From: Eledone cirrhosa | Taxonomy: Eukaryota | DNA: 64,000 nucleotides | Direction: 5' to 3' | Assembly (NCBI GenBank): GCA_964016885.1 | Contig: OZ024743.1 | Span: forward strand, 260,834,001-260,898,000 | Shown: positions 1 to 14,965 of the stretch, piece after piece | Numbering within the stretch: position 1 is the stretch's first letter | Layout of the letters: every line of letters begins with the position of its first letter | Notes under the pieces: model-generated | What the model saw: only the letters and a program-made list of their open reading frames with translations | What the model was told of the DNA's origin: nothing | The model's database searches: none | Program-made: the position numbers and the translations under genes

Positions 1-7
1 TCAAGCT

Positions 8-270
8 ATTTAAACGTATGTTATTACTCTAAGGACCTACCTTGTCGAGTGCTTTGCTAACTCATTCAGATAGTAGGCCGAATTTGCTTGCACGCCGCCA
101 GAGATTCGATTTTACTAAGTATCCAATTATATATATATTATATATATATAATTGGATACTTAGTAAAATCGAATCTCTGGCGGTGTGCAAGCAAATTCGG
201 CCTACTATGTGAATGAGTTAGCAAAGCACTCGATAAGGTAGGTCCTCAGAGTAATAACATACGTTTAAAT
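8..270. repeat. Long inverted repeat (~120-bp arms) centred on a short (TA)n
   Basis: 8-127 is the near-perfect reverse complement of 151-270; the spacer is TA-only. Confidence 0.9.
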
Positions 271-301
271 TTTATTTTTTATATTTTATATATATATATA
301 T

Positions 302-450
<149 letters not shown>

Positions 451-600
451 TTATATATGTTTGATATAACTATAAATATGTAGGGTAGTACTAAGTACTA
501 TCCGGTTACCGGTATGACAAAAGGCTCAATGCCTATTTTCAAGTGTTTTACAGAGCCGAGATACAAAGTGTTAAAACGATCAAATTTTAGTTTAGAACAT

Positions 601-655
601 TTATTAGCTGACAATTGTTTCTTCCAGAGGGAAGTCTGGAATCATCGGAGCATAA
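601..655 (-). ncRNA. Type I hammerhead ribozyme, family F (core CCGAUGA, U4C)
   Basis: Reverse complement reads gct CCGATGA ttccaga-cttccc-tctggaa GAAA caattg TC agc. Stems I and II pair; the stem III loop CAAUUG is palindromic. Confidence 0.75.
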
Positions 656-1787
656 GGAATGTCGAAAACGTGTAACTAGAATCCTAGTCATTTAGAACAT
701 TTAGGGTACATAGTTGTTATTAGTGTCAAAGGCATCATGTGGAGATTCGGGAGTTAAAAAGATGTTCTGCTTGAAATAACACAATTACAGGCAACACTGG
801 TTGGAAGTGTAATAGGTATAAGTAAAAGTAAAAAGCACAAGCAAAAAAATCACAAGCAAAAAAAACACAGGAAAAGAAGTTATAGGCAAGGACAATTGGT
901 GTACAATGCAGGAGTCAATACAGTCAATAAGGCATGTATGAGGAAAGAGTTATAGCGCAGTTGAAATAAATTAATTTTGTGTGGGGTGTTAAGTCATGTT
1001 ATATTTGTTATAAACATTTAAGATAGTGTGCAATTTGTTAGAGAGGCATGTGGTGATAATGTAGGTATTTTTATGTAAGGTATAATGTAAAGCACTTGAT
1101 AGAGTTGGGTGTGTGATTATCATTTAAGTGTTTTTGTGTAGTAGTTCGTATTTATGTGCATGTGTTGTTTGTTACTCACAGCTATTAACCATGGGATTAT
1201 TTTGAGTCGTTTATAGTCAATAGGTGTTTGTTTGTTAAATGTAAATTCCTCCGAATTACTGGCCATGTTTTTATTGTAGGTATATTATCTTATGCATTTT
1301 TTATCTATAAATTATCTTTTCTAGGGTTTGTATTAACCGTTATTAAGCTGTTTGTAAACCGTTAGGTTACTTAATTTTATAAGTTAACACAGGAAGTTGT
1401 AAAGTGGGGTTAATAACAAAGGATGGTAATTAATTTTGTTGATAAATTAAGGGTTATTATAATGTTGTGGTAGTGTTATAAATTAATCTATATAGAGTAT
1501 ATACAATATAAAATATAAAATATAAAATATAAAATATTCCTGGTTATATAATTGCTATCTTTTAAACTTCTGTGTGTGGGGGGGGGACATTTTTTTTTAT
1601 TTAGTTTATTATAACTAGATAGTTTTTACTTTGTATATGCATGTATAATATAAGGCATAATATATGTGTGATTATGTATAAACATATATACACAAACACA
1701 CACACATATCTGCACACACACTTATACACACATATACACACGCACATATACATATATATACACACATGCACACACATATATACACAT

Positions 1788-1846
<59 letters not shown>

Positions 1847-2481
1847 GATACATATATACATACATACATACACATACACACACATATATACATGCAAACA
1901 TACTGATTGTGTAGCGATAGTTGAAGTTTTTTTATGACAGGATAGTGAGTTGCATAATATATACTGGAGTAATTGAAGTTATGTTCACAGTTGCCTGCTA
2001 TTTAGTTGATGTATATTGGGAATTTATTAGGGTGTCTATATTATTTAAATCTTTTCACTGTATAATGTAATAGATCAAACAGGTGTTTATTGATTGTATG
2101 TAGGTCAGTGTGGTCCTTTAATTAAGGTGTGGTCCTATATTCATGAAGGTCTAGTTTGATAAATGAAGGTCTAGTTCAATAAATTACAAGGTGGTGGTCT
2201 AATGTTATCTCCGATATTGGTCTTTATTTTTATTTTTATTATTATTAGTTGCTAGGTTTGAAGTAGTGGAACGAGAATCTATGGCAATGCGGACACGTGT
2301 AGAAGATCTCTGATTTCCAATTTAGTAGGCTAAGGTTAGAGTGAATAATATCTTTAGACTCGAGGATACAAATATCTTTTTAACTCCTGAATCTCCACAT
2401 GATGCCTTTGACACTAATAACAACTATGTACCCTAAATGTTCTAAATGACTAGGATTCTAGTTACACGTTTTCGACATTCC

Positions 2482-2537
2482 TTATGCTCCGATGATTCCA
2501 GACTTCCCACGGGAAGAAACAATTGTCAGCTAATAAA
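2482..2537 (+). ncRNA. Type I hammerhead ribozyme, family F (second copy)
   Basis: ttatgct CCGATGA ttcc...ggaa GAAA caattg TC agc taataa. Confidence 0.7.
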
Positions 2538-2571
2538 TGTTCTAAACTAAAATGTTATCGTTTTAACACTT

Positions 2572-2643
<72 letters not shown>

Positions 2644-3014
2644 CAGAAGGTTGTAAACCTAATTGTATGCACACACAAATACATACCAAATTCCTACAGA
2701 CATATATGTGTGCTTATTTTTATGTGCATCTATATGCATAATTTTATACATGTGAGTGTGTAGGTGCATGCAGGTACATGCCTGTGTATATGTATGTGCG
2801 TGTGTATAATAAAATCTTTGTGCTAGAGATTACACTTATGGACAGACATTATGCTATCATTAAACATAACTAACAACGCTTCGATATGTTAAGAGACAAG
2901 TATATGACATATCTGAGCTGTTAAAACCGTATATTAAAGCAGACGTTTGAGTGTCGAACAAACAGACAAACAGAACGAAAGAGACAAATAAATGGAGAAG
3001 CAGCAAAAATGGGG

Positions 3015-3071
<57 letters not shown>

Positions 3072-3355
3072 AGAGAAAAATGGCAGAAACTGGAATAGAT
3101 GTCTTCGTTTAATACATCTCTTTTTAACGAGCGCTTTATTCAACGAATGCCGTGATCTTTTATTTCTTTCTCAATTTTCATACCATAGGCCGCTATACAT
3201 TCTCACCTACGGTAATGCCATTTCAACTTTATTTTTTTACATTCTTGGAATTTTTATTTCTATGGTTAGTTTCTTTTTTCTCTTCTTGTCCGTGTTCTTC
3301 ATGTTCTAGCTGTTTCTTAGACTTCCTTCCTTTTTTTCTATTACACCCCCCCCCC

Positions 3356-3387
<32 letters not shown>

Positions 3388-3876
3388 CTTCTTTCCACAT
3401 CTAGTTCGGTATTTTTGTTTTTTTGTTTTTTTTTTCATCGTCTTCACAGTCCCTGCAATGTATTTATACCACTGTGCTTGACAGCTGCTTGAATGAGAGA
3501 GAAAACGCCAATATCATTATACACTACACTTTTTTTATATTTTATTGTACGACAACGTCGGCCATGTTTTGATAACTGATTTTTGTTGAGGCTTTAGCGG
3601 CCATTTTCATATGATTTTATTTCTATTTTGTGTGTTGTTTTTTCCTCTTCACATTCTCCTTACCTCCATTCATTTCATTTTCATTAAACTAATCTCAACC
3701 TAACATTTTTTATTAAATGTTCTATTTTCTTCTGGGTTTTTCTTTTCGTTCGTTTTATTCTATCAGATTTATAGATTCCAAGAAATAGTGTTAGGAATTA
3801 TTCTCTCATTTCCTTTATTTCATGTTTATAATTATCTATATTTCTGCTTATCAATTGATCGGCCTAGGACTTCCTT

Positions 3877-4380
<504 letters not shown>

Positions 4381-4459
4381 AAAATGGCTAACAGAACACA
4401 CACGTTTTTTCTTCTACCCAAAAATGTCTGTTTCTTCCTCCTCTCACGCGCTTTCTATT

Positions 4460-4500
4460 TCTTCATCTGATGAATTACTAACATCCGAAACATTAACATT
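4460..4500 (+). ncRNA. Degenerate hammerhead-like motif in a TA-flanked repeat fragment
   Basis: CTGATGA-13nt-GAAAcatTA is present, but stems I and II no longer pair. Confidence 0.3.
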
Positions 4501-4877
4501 CTTTTCCTATTATATCAAGCATTAAACTAATATGTATCCTCATTGTACTGTACCGCTTTGCTATGTTGTTTTCTCTTTAGTTTTCGTATATATATATATA
4601 TGTTTGTGGATATGTATGTATTTGTGTATGTGGGTATGCGGATATGTAGGTAGATAGGCAGGTAGGTAGGTAGGTATATCTGTATGTATTATTTTATAAA
4701 CATGAGGAAAATGTACTCAAAATGAAAGTAGAAAATATTATATGTATTATATTATTGAGATTACTTTTAGTGTAACTTATAGTACCAGCAGAAAGTAATA
4801 TTTTTTATATATACGTATGTCTATGTGCCTGTGTGTGCATACATGAATATTCATATATATATATACATATATATATA

Positions 4878-5025
<148 letters not shown>

Positions 5026-5945
5026 ATATATGTATATATAAATCCCTTCACTATTTTAATATATATATATGTCCTTTCACTATTTTAATACATATTTTTA
5101 TGACATTAATTCTATATATGATAGGACGTTTCAAATGTGTTGGGGGTGGACATGTAAAGACTATTCAACTTAACCTCGTTCTATAAGTAACTTATTGGGG
5201 TGAGAAAACATAGTTCAAGTAAGCAGCTAAACATTACTACCACTCTGGCTTCTATATTTAATGATAGAGGATAGGCTGAAAATGTATTAAATTCATTCTA
5301 TAGATTAATTCTACTGTGTACCGAACTAATGAACATATATATATATATTTGTCTCCCCTTCCCGCTTCGTGTCGCTATGATACTTCCTCAGACAAAAACT
5401 CATTCAAATTTCAAAGTTGGCGGTCATTCGAGGCGTGAAGGAGCAACTTAACAGACACGATTTTTGACAGCGGTAAGAAATTCTTTTCTTATATCAAAGT
5501 TTAACGGGCTTCCACTGATGATTTATAAACGCCCACCTAAATATATTCTTACATGAATATATATTAGGCTTCTACATAAACTGGAAATATTCTCCCAACT
5601 TGTAGAAAACTTATAATGAAACAATTGTTTGGAAAGAGAGATATACTTTAACTTTAATTATCTCATAAAATAATACAACTGGTTTTTCCACATTATACAT
5701 ATTGTTAGCACCCCAAACACTTAAATTCGGTTTATATTTAAATATAACCTAATGTTTGTTGAGTGAGATGGTTACCAGTCAGAGTTTAGCTTTAAACTAT
5801 CTCTGTTATTGTATTATATATATATATATATATATATTAGTGAAAGTAGAGGATCGACGACGAGCTCCGGCGGTATCTGTTAGTTACCTCTTCTGGGTTA
5901 TATAAATATATATATACTTATATATATATATATATATATATACAT

Positions 5946-6136
5946 AACAAATGTGGTGAGGAACCAGATGGACCATAACGCACCAGAGTACTCAATACTT
6001 AGGGTAGTAGAGTGGGAAATAGGAAAAGGTATGACCCCGACGGCAGAGCTCAATCCGTTTCGACGGCTATTTCTGGACGTCCAGAAATAGCTGTCGAAAC
6101 GGCTTGAGCTCTTCCGTCGGGGTCATACTTTTTCCT
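5946..6136. mobile_element. Fold-back element, family B (copy 1 of 6)
   Basis: Inverted arms meet at ...tctggac|gtccaga...; one arm has an extra ~75-90-nt tail; TA-flanked. Other copies at 29206, 40326, 41265, 44123 and 56709. Confidence 0.8.
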
Positions 6137-6147
6137 ATATATATATA

Positions 6148-6500
6148 TGCACTGTGTCTACTACAGACTCCAACAAAACATATATAGGATCTACATCAAA
6201 CACATTTAAGAAAAGATTTTACACACACTCTAGTAGTTTCAACAATACTAAACTAGCAAACGCCACATCTTTAGCTGAAGCGGTAAATAATTATAAAAAG
6301 AAAAAGATAGATTTTAAGTTATCGTGGAACACCATTCTACAAAAAACTCCATATCTTGGAAACAGGAGGGAATGTAGATTGTTCAGGAGAGATCTTGCAA
6401 ATTACTAAATCTAAGGACGATTTATTAAATAAAAGACAGGAATTGATCATAGTCTGTAATCACCGTATACGAAAAACATTTAAATACTATAAACCTAATT
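6148..6500 (+). pseudogene. Penelope-like GIY-YIG endonuclease fragment
   Basis: TYIGSTSNTFKKRFYTH...TSLA...W.IL...CRL, then after a frameshift LLNKRQELII.CNH. Confidence 0.85.
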
Positions 6501-6737
6501 AAATACTATAAACCTAATTAAATATTCTAAATTGCAACTCACTATAATTCCATATAGAATAACATTTATTAGTACCTCTTTCCCCTAATTATATGCTTTC
6601 ATCCTTATTTTTGCCTTTTAATGTTTTAGCTTCCTTAGATTTATGCGTTAATGACTAAAGGCAACAAGATACCGTAATTGCATGAGTAAAAATAAACATC
6701 TATCTATGATATGGAAATATATTTGTGTGTATATATT

Positions 6738-6840
<103 letters not shown>

Positions 6841-6949
6841 ATATATATATGTTTATGTATGTGTATATGTGTATAGATGTATAGGCTTGTGTATGTATGT
6901 GTGTATGTCTATGTATGTATGTGTATATGTATGTATATGTATATATATG

Positions 6950-7018
<69 letters not shown>

Positions 7019-7067
7019 GTGTGTATATATATGTGTATATGTATATATGTATGTGTGTGTGTATGTG

Positions 7068-7136
<69 letters not shown>

Positions 7137-7283
7137 TTGTGTGTTTGTGTGTATGTATATGTGAGTATAGGTGTATGAATGTTTATATATGAGTATGTAA
7201 GAGGAGTGTACATATACTCACACAAGTGTGTATATATATATATATGTGTATGTGTGTGTGTGTGTTGTATATGTATATATATG

Positions 7284-7349
<66 letters not shown>

Positions 7350-7426
7350 TATGTATGTGTATGTGTGTATGTATATATGTATGTATGTATGTGTGTGTAT
7401 ATGTACATGTATATATGTATGTATGA

Positions 7427-7470
<44 letters not shown>

Positions 7471-7683
7471 CGTTTCTGAATTTGTTTAGCAAGATTCTTT
7501 ATCTGAAATCGTGTGTTGAAACCGATATTGTTATACTTTGGGAGGGTCATGTTGCCAATAAGAAACACACGCACCAGTTGCTTTCACTTCAATTTAATTT
7601 ATTCTATATTTATAAATTTACAAATTTATAAATTTCTGGTTGGTTGGTTGGTTCCACAACCAGATAGTTGTTTATATATATAT

Positions 7684-7728
7684 AGTCATAGTTCTTTCGT
7701 CACACACTCTGTGACCTCTTCAGTGACT
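7684..7728 (-). ncRNA. Minimal type I hammerhead ribozyme, family A
   Basis: Reverse complement reads agtca CTGAAGA g gtcaca-gagtg-tgtgac GAAA gaac TA tgact. Confidence 0.85.
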
Positions 7729-7756
7729 GGGCACAGAAACGAAGAAAGAAATCCCC

Positions 7757-7801
7757 AGTCACTGAAGAGGTCACAGAGTGTGTGACGAAAGAACTATGAC
7801 T
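7757..7801 (+). ncRNA. Minimal type I hammerhead ribozyme, family A
   Basis: agtca CTGAAGA g gtcaca gagtg tgtgac GAAA gaac TA tgact; 5-bp stem I and 6-bp stem II. Confidence 0.85.
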
Positions 7802-7952
7802 ATATATATATAAACAACTATCTGGTTGTGGAACCAACCAACCAACCAGAAATTTATAAATTTGTAAATTTATAAACATAGAATAAATTAAATTGAAGTG
7901 AAAGCAACTGGTGCGTGTGTTTCTTATTGGCAACATGACCCTCCCAAAGTAT

Positions 7953-8086
<134 letters not shown>

Positions 8087-8452
8087 ATATGTATATGTAT
8101 ATATGGGGGTATAGATGTGTATGTGTGGATATAGATATGTATGGATATGTATATATATGATTATATACATGCGTGTGGATGTGTATTTAGGTTTGCATCT
8201 ATTTGCACGTATGTATATTTTGGTTAGATATCAATGTAACTGTACCTCTCTCTATATGTAGTGTGAATATATGCACTTTGTAGACTATGAAATTTATGTG
8301 TTTTAACTATGACAACATGTACTTATCTAAGTTTGATTGTTTATACATAAACATACTTAGTAATATTTGAGCGTATAATAAGTTATATTATACTGATTAC
8401 AATTTACCACACCGTACTATATTCTGTTGGTTAAGTTGTATATTATCGCATT

Positions 8453-8630
8453 ACTATCGGTAGAGGGTTTGACGCCATGCTTTCCAGCATAGTTACGTCC
8501 CTTTACGATCTGAGTTCAAATCCCGCCGAGGTTGACTTTGCCTTTCATCCTTACGGGGTCGATAAAATAAAGTACCAGTAATGCACTGGGTAATTGCTGG
8601 CCTTGTGCCTAAAGTAGAAACAATTATCTT
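8453..8630 (+). mobile_element. tRNA-derived SINE (abundant family, Meta-domain-like core)
   Basis: B-box gagttcaaatcc and core gcctttcatccttacggggtcgataaaataaagtacc; more than 12 copies in the window. Confidence 0.85.
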
Positions 8631-9307
8631 ATTATAATTTTCATCTTTTAATATACTATCTTTCCTAGCCATAACATTAATTTATATTCACCTTAAAACT
8701 CAATACAACACTAATCACCATTTATTTTGACATTCCTTTTAAATTCACTATACAAGATACAGTCAACTATCAGTTTGACAATCCCCTTCCTTCCTAATAG
8801 ATTTTTATGCCATTTCTACTAACACCTTTCAACCATTCCTTTCAAAGGGTCATGACCTCAACTAAAGTGTATTACTTTTCATCTTAACACCATATGAAAA
8901 AAACAATTTGATTCGTTAGTTCTTCAACTACCTCCAAATATGGACATGATACTAATTCTGAGTAAAATTATTATTGAATAAAATTATTATTGCTTTTGAA
9001 AACAGCTAGTGATATGCATGTAAGTAAATATTCTCTCTATCTGATAGTTTGTAAACTTACATAGATCAATAATAGCTGAGTATAGATACAATGTATTATC
9101 ACCATCTAGAAACAGTGAAGTATATCTCTAATGACTTGATTTTTTATTTCATTGTTTTAACTTATATCATGACTCTGTTTTCCTTTTAATGTTTTATTGT
9201 TTTCTTAGATTTATCTTAACCTACAACATTTTCAACATATGGATTACATTGAGTTCTTCATACAGAATAGACCCCACAACTTACAGTGGATACCTGTGTA
9301 TATATAC

Positions 9308-9414
<107 letters not shown>

Positions 9415-10659
9415 TGTGTGTGTGCGCGTGTGTGTGTGCGCGTGTGTGTGCGTGCGCGTGTGTGTATGTATGTATATATAAATATTCCTTTTACAAACAC
9501 TTCTAATGCCATTCAAAATGTGGATTGGTACCACGTAATCTGGTTCCTCTCTCATATATAGCTGCAAATCATAGTTACGGTGTCAATATTGAATATGTTC
9601 CACATACAAATCAATGTCGTAGTACATCTATGGCTAAATATCTGTATGTTGTGAGTTCAGTTACCGCCATGATGGACTTTCTCTGACGTCAATAAGTATC
9701 AATTATGCATTTGTGTAAAATCTGTTGACTAAGCTGTTACCCTAAAATATGTGTCGCTGTGCCAATAAGAAATCATTTTGTCTTAATAATTTTTCATATA
9801 AAGATAGTCAACGTCTTTATCGAATCTCAATTACGTCTGAATAGTTTTACTTTAAGTCAACCTTTTAGCTTTATTTATAAACACTATTTATATATTTATT
9901 CATTCATTTTCTTGTGCTTGTTGTTGGGCAATGTTAATCTTTCCTGTTGTCATTGTTGTTGTCATTATACTAGAGTTGTATTAGATTTATCAAAATAAGG
10001 TTTATTCTTTTGATATGTTAACATTTAATCATACAAACTAACACGGATGTATATCTTGCTTAGCCTTTAAGCCAACTGTTGGCTGGCTTTCATTATTCTT
10101 ACCGAATTAATCGTTATTCGATCAGTTTCCTGAAACCCAATAGGACATTGAACTAATCTTTTGAAATTCTTCATTCAATGTTTTCCATTTGGCTTTTGTC
10201 AGAACCTACACATCTCAACATTCAGCTAGTCACACGTTAAACGAGCTGCTTGTTGTATGTGAAGAATGAAAAGATTGGAAAAGGAAAACGGAAAATAGGA
10301 AATGGGAGAGAGATGGGGTGGGGAGGAGAAGAGAAGAGGGCCAGAAAGGAGGAGAAAGAGAAGGAGAGTACAGGCACTAAAAGGAAAAGGATTTGTATGA
10401 GAGAATAGGAGATAATAGGCGAGAGACTAAGAGTCAGTAAGCAATAAGTGAGATCCCGAACACTTAAATACATTACACTTCATTGAAAATTCAATTTGTA
10501 ACTGAAAATACATATAATTTCTCTCAATCTTTATTACATGATTATATTATTATTATTATTTGTGTTTTTCCTCTTCCCTCAATTTTGTTCCCATTTCTTG
10601 CCGAATGTCTTCCCGACAGCTAGAGCAGAGAAACTGCATAGATTGATACACCACAAAAA

Positions 10660-10830
10660 TAATTGTTTCTACTTTAGGCACAAGGCCAGCAAATTACCCA
10701 GTGCATTACTGGTACTTTATTTTATCGACCCCGTAAGGATGAAAGGCAAAGTCAACCTCGGCGGGATTTGAACTCAGATCATAAAGGGACGTAACTATGC
10801 TGGAAAGCATGGCGTCCGACCCTCTACCGC
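10660..10830 (-). mobile_element. tRNA-derived SINE, same family
   Basis: Reverse complement of the consensus. Confidence 0.85.
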
Positions 10831-11045
10831 ACAAAAATAATCACACTAGATTGTTCACGTCACGCACTTTACACAGTTACAAATATATCATTTACTTTAT
10901 ACATGTGCACCTTATTTGTTAAAAATCGTAATTTACAACAGAATCTTAATCAATCATTATAAGAATGCTCGATTATTTACAACTTACATAATTATGGAAT
11001 ATAATCAAATAAATGTATACGTATACCATACCAATTAAAACATTT

Positions 11046-12245
11046 TTATGTACTTGCAGTAATGAGAAGCCATGGATCATTCTCAAATAATTCTCTGTTC
11101 CTTCTTTTATCCTTCTTAGTGCTCCTATAATCCCTGGAATTGTAACCACCTTGAAATGACACGTTTTCTTTTTTTGTTTTTGTTTTGGTTCTTTTCAATT
11201 TCAATGAGCAAATCTTTTCTTTTACCACGACAGTGTGATCATATGGTGGGTTCATATCAATCAATAAACAGACTTTGTTGTTTTGGTACTTTACAATAAT
11301 TGTTTCTACTATTGGCACAAGGCCAGAAAATTACCCAGTACATTACTGGTACTTTATTTTATCGACCCCGTAAGGATGAAAGGCAAAGTTAACCTCGGCG
11401 GGATTTGAACTCAGAATGGCAAGGGCCGTAACTCTATGCGTCAAAGCATGGCGTCCGAACCTCTACCGATACTGCCAATCCACCGCCATTTGGTACTTTA
11501 CAATAATATCCGGTTTATTATCTCTGATAACTGTGTATGTACAGGAAAGTCCCAAAGAATCGTTACATTTTCTTCCTTAGTTATAGCCTCGGGATGATGC
11601 TTATACCACTTGTCAGCACTTTTGATTTTATAATGCCGACATATTAAACACTGTAGATATTGACCAGATCTGTCGTGCCTTTATTTATACTCTACTGGTG
11701 TTAAAACTTGTAGCCACTGATGAGTGTACTTCTGGTCAACAACAGCTTATTTGCTACGGACCACATATTTGGCATGCAGAGGTTTCCTCTCCCACCTCAA
11801 TGTTAATTGTTCATATCTTTTTATTCTTTGTCATTAATTTTACTTCCTTTGCCACAACAGTTGCTACAGTTCCCTCGGTCTGTTCAGCCTGAATATCAGT
11901 CATGAAATCAGTAGCAAATTTTTGGCTCTTTTTCAAGATCGAATGAAGCTTCTTACTCCTCTCATGATTTCAACGAGTTTCAGAATCTAGTCGTTTGATA
12001 TTTGCCCAGTCCAATTGTGGTGGTTTTGTTAGAAAGTTCACACTAGATCAAGCCTCGACTCCTTTTAGTTCTGGGAAGGTAAAGACGGTCCACATCTGCC
12101 TTTGTGTTGTATGTTTTATTACAGGTCAGCAACTGACGGATTTTTATGTCAATTTTCTTTATTTCACTGATATTCCAGGTCAACACATAATTATATACTA
12201 TATACACCCATATTTTAAAATTATTATTTCTATGTAAACTCCACC
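11046..12245 (-). mobile_element. Decayed R4/Dong-like (RLE) LINE 3' part, interrupted by a SINE at ~11298-11490
   Basis: WNISEIKKIDIKIRQLLT..KADVDRLYLPR..RGL, plus RHD and C-terminal RLE-like residues. Confidence 0.7.
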
Positions 12246-12289
12246 TTAACGTTGTAATCTGTCTTTGTATTATTCCGTCCATCTGATAC

Positions 12290-13835
12290 CCGTGTGGCAA
12301 ATAGGGTTGATCATCGATACCAGGCGACAGTCTTCAATGCAGCTGGCTTCGGACCCATCTTTAGAGGATGGATCACTGCAATGCAAAGTGACATCTGTTC
12401 TGTGGTCAGAGTGAACGGTCGCCTTTCTGAACCATTCAACATCGTGCACCCAGTTCACCAAGGTTGTCTCTTTCTCATCTGCTGTATGTATTGACTCTTG
12501 AGCCACTACTGCACTAAATAGAGATATTGTGGGGCATCCCACATGAACTAGGACGTGGTAGATCAGTGTCAGCATATGCTTACGACGTCACCGTAGTGTT
12601 GTACAATAGCAAACACGTTTAGGTGGTGACAGGAACAAACGTTAACAAGGAAAAGTCGGGTGACCGGCGACTCGGCACCTAGAGAAGCAGGTCCATGCCA
12701 TCCAACATCGTCACCAGGCGCTTGATGGACGAACCGGTTCAATTGCTAAAGGTCTGGTTTGGTCCAGACCTCCAAATGGACAAAACCTAGGACGAAGTAA
12801 GGAGTGGGATGGCCTCTTTCACTTAGAAATGGTTTGAAAGGAAGCTATCCTTGAAAGGCCGGGCACAAGTAGCAAAGGCGTACTTCACGTCCGTCATTTA
12901 CAACTGCCTTACCGTCATGCCTTGTCTGACCGCACTGGAGCGTTTATTCTTTCGCTTCTTGGGAAAGGAACGCTTTCCGGTGGTCAGGCGATCCATATGC
13001 TGTCAATACCTGCTGCGTGTAGGACCTCAGCCAATCAGACAGTACGATCAGTGGAAACTCTGCATTGGCGTTTTATGGGGCTTAATAGTGAGTATAAGCA
13101 ACAATGTTCTTGGGAGACTCTGGGCGTCGAAGAAAATCAACTAGCCACTCTTTCCCGAAGGACTTTCGATCCAGAGTCCACGGATAATTTCCAGAAATCC
13201 CTGGCCTTGCAGTGCAACTGGGGAACATTGACAGTTCGAGATAAATTCTACAGGCATAGAAGTACCGTCAGGGTTATTAATCCGTCCTGTGGACACTCGT
13301 CCAATATCTGAGTATTGCTGTGGGTTTATGTCGAATACTTGCTGTCGCATGTAGGACGGATTTGACTATCACTGGGTCCATCGTGAAGATTACCCCTACC
13401 GTCTTCCTTTAACCGGGAATGACAGACAGGTTTTATTTGCCTAGTGGCCATTACGACAGAGGTCGTGTGGTGGACGCGTTTGAAAGGGTTGAAGATAAGC
13501 ACTTTCCTCTTCGGCGAAGCCCTGATTAACTTTTTCAAGTTTCACTTGAAGAGAAAAAATCAGGATGGAGAAGGAAGATTGGTGAGAGTGGTGAGCATGG
13601 TCCGAGTGAATGAGCCTACTCTGAGTGACCGTGACTTTTTGTGGGCTTTTTCCACGAGTGACCCTTGGAGGTCTCCTCCTATTGGGGAATTTGTTTTGTT
13701 TGTTTCGTTTTCAAATGTTCATTCTTTTAGTTTTTCTTATGACATTTTTTACACAAAGAAACCCACATTGTATCGTCTTGTGCCGTCTCTATTGTCTGAT
13801 TAATGTCAACCCTCTGTGTGACTAATAAAGAAACC
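12290..13835 (+). mobile_element. Decayed Tx1/L1-like LINE (RT to 3' end)
   Basis: RVDHRY..AAGFGP.FRGWI and DNFQKSLA..C..G.L.VRDK; ends with aataaagaaa; homologous to 20703-26320. Confidence 0.85.
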
Positions 13836-13861
13836 ATTATAATAATAATTATTATTATTAT

Positions 13862-14050
13862 TGGTGGATTGGCAGTATCGGTAGAGAGTCGGACACCATG
13901 CTTTGCAGCATAGAGTTATGCCCCTTTATGTTCTGAGTTCAAATCCGCCGAGGTTAACTTTGCCTTTCATCCTTACGGGGTCGATAAAATAAAGTACCAG
14001 TAATGTACTGGGTAATTGCTGGCCTTGTGCCAAAAGTAGAACCAATTATT
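13862..14050 (+). mobile_element. tRNA-derived SINE, near full length
   Basis: A-box tggcagtatcggtag, B-box and core. Confidence 0.85.
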
Positions 14051-14265
14051 ATTGCTGTTATTGTTGCTGTTGTTGTTACTACAACATTGAAAACAAACAG
14101 AGAAAAATATAGAAATTAAATAAAGGCCTTTCAATAATTACTGAATTCAAAAATGAAATAACACAACCGAAAAAATGGAGACACAAATACAACTGGAATA
14201 TAATTTAAAAATATCTAAAATCAAAGAATGCCTGAAACAAGAGAATCCCGTGAAATCCCAAAGCA

Positions 14266-14632
14266 TTCTTCTTCTTCTTCTTCTTCTTCTTCTTCTTCTT
14301 CTTCTTCTTCTTCTTCTTCTTCTTCTTCTCCTCCTTCCTCCTCTTCTTTTTTCCTCTTCCGCTTCTTCCTCTTCTTCTTATTCTCCTCTTCATCTTCTTC
14401 TTTTTCCTCTTCTTCTTCTTCTTCTTCTTCTTCTTCTTCTTCTTCTTCTTCTTTTTCTTCTTGTTCTTCTTTTTCCTCTTCTTCTTCTTCTTCTTTTTCC
14501 TCTTCTTCTTCTTCTTCTTCTTCTTTTTCCTCTTCTTCTTCTTCTTCTTCTTTTTCCTCTTCTTCTTCTTTTTCTTCTTCTTCTTCTTCTTCTTCTTCTT
14601 CTTCTTCTTCTTCTTCTTCTTCTTCTTCTTCT
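14266..14632 (-). repeat. Expanded (GAA)n/(CTT)n array, probably the 3' tail of the adjacent LINE fragment
   Basis: CTT repeat with periodic ttttcct interruptions, directly 3' of the LINE fragment on the minus strand. Confidence 0.85.
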
Positions 14633-14639
14633 ACATGTA

Positions 14640-14965
14640 ACATCCTCAGGCGTACAACCTACTCACGTTATTGAGATTAGGGTGTCTGAGGTTCACACTC
14701 TCAGGCAGGCGCAGATCCGGTCATTCACTGAATATATGTTCAGTAGTTTGCCCTCGCATGTCACACTGACAAGCTGCTGATGGACGCAGCCCCATAGTGC
14801 ATGGATGCATTAATTCGGACGACACCTGTACGTAGCCGATTCTGGGACACCCACTCACCCTGGGGAAGGTTAACGCCTGGGGGAATGTTGTATTGAGGAT
14901 TGACATTCAGTTGGGCCGGTCGAGATGTCTGTTGCCAACTAGTTCTCCACATCTGAAGCATGTTA
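14640..14965 (-). mobile_element. 3' fragment of a non-LTR retrotransposon (NRLRTG + CCHC-like end; Ingi/Vingi/RTE-like)
   Basis: PPGVNLP..EWVS.NRLRTGV.R..ASMH, then C.C...QT.EHIF.EC. Confidence 0.65.

Larger units (their letters stand above)
481..2574 (-). mobile_element. Degenerate Penelope-like element (family F) with an inverted pLTR copy
   Basis: ~563-763 and ~2372-2574 are inverted copies, each carrying an HHR. Both outer ends abut TA/TG repeats. The interior is decayed and interrupted by microsatellites. Confidence 0.6.

Noticed and set aside
200-245. SECIS-like or HHR-like hairpin (AUGA...AAA...GA)
   Set aside because: Helix too short for a SECIS, and no GAAA/UH for a hammerhead.
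14175-14780. Poly-L/E/S/K ORFs
   Set aside because: Frames of a (CTT)n array.
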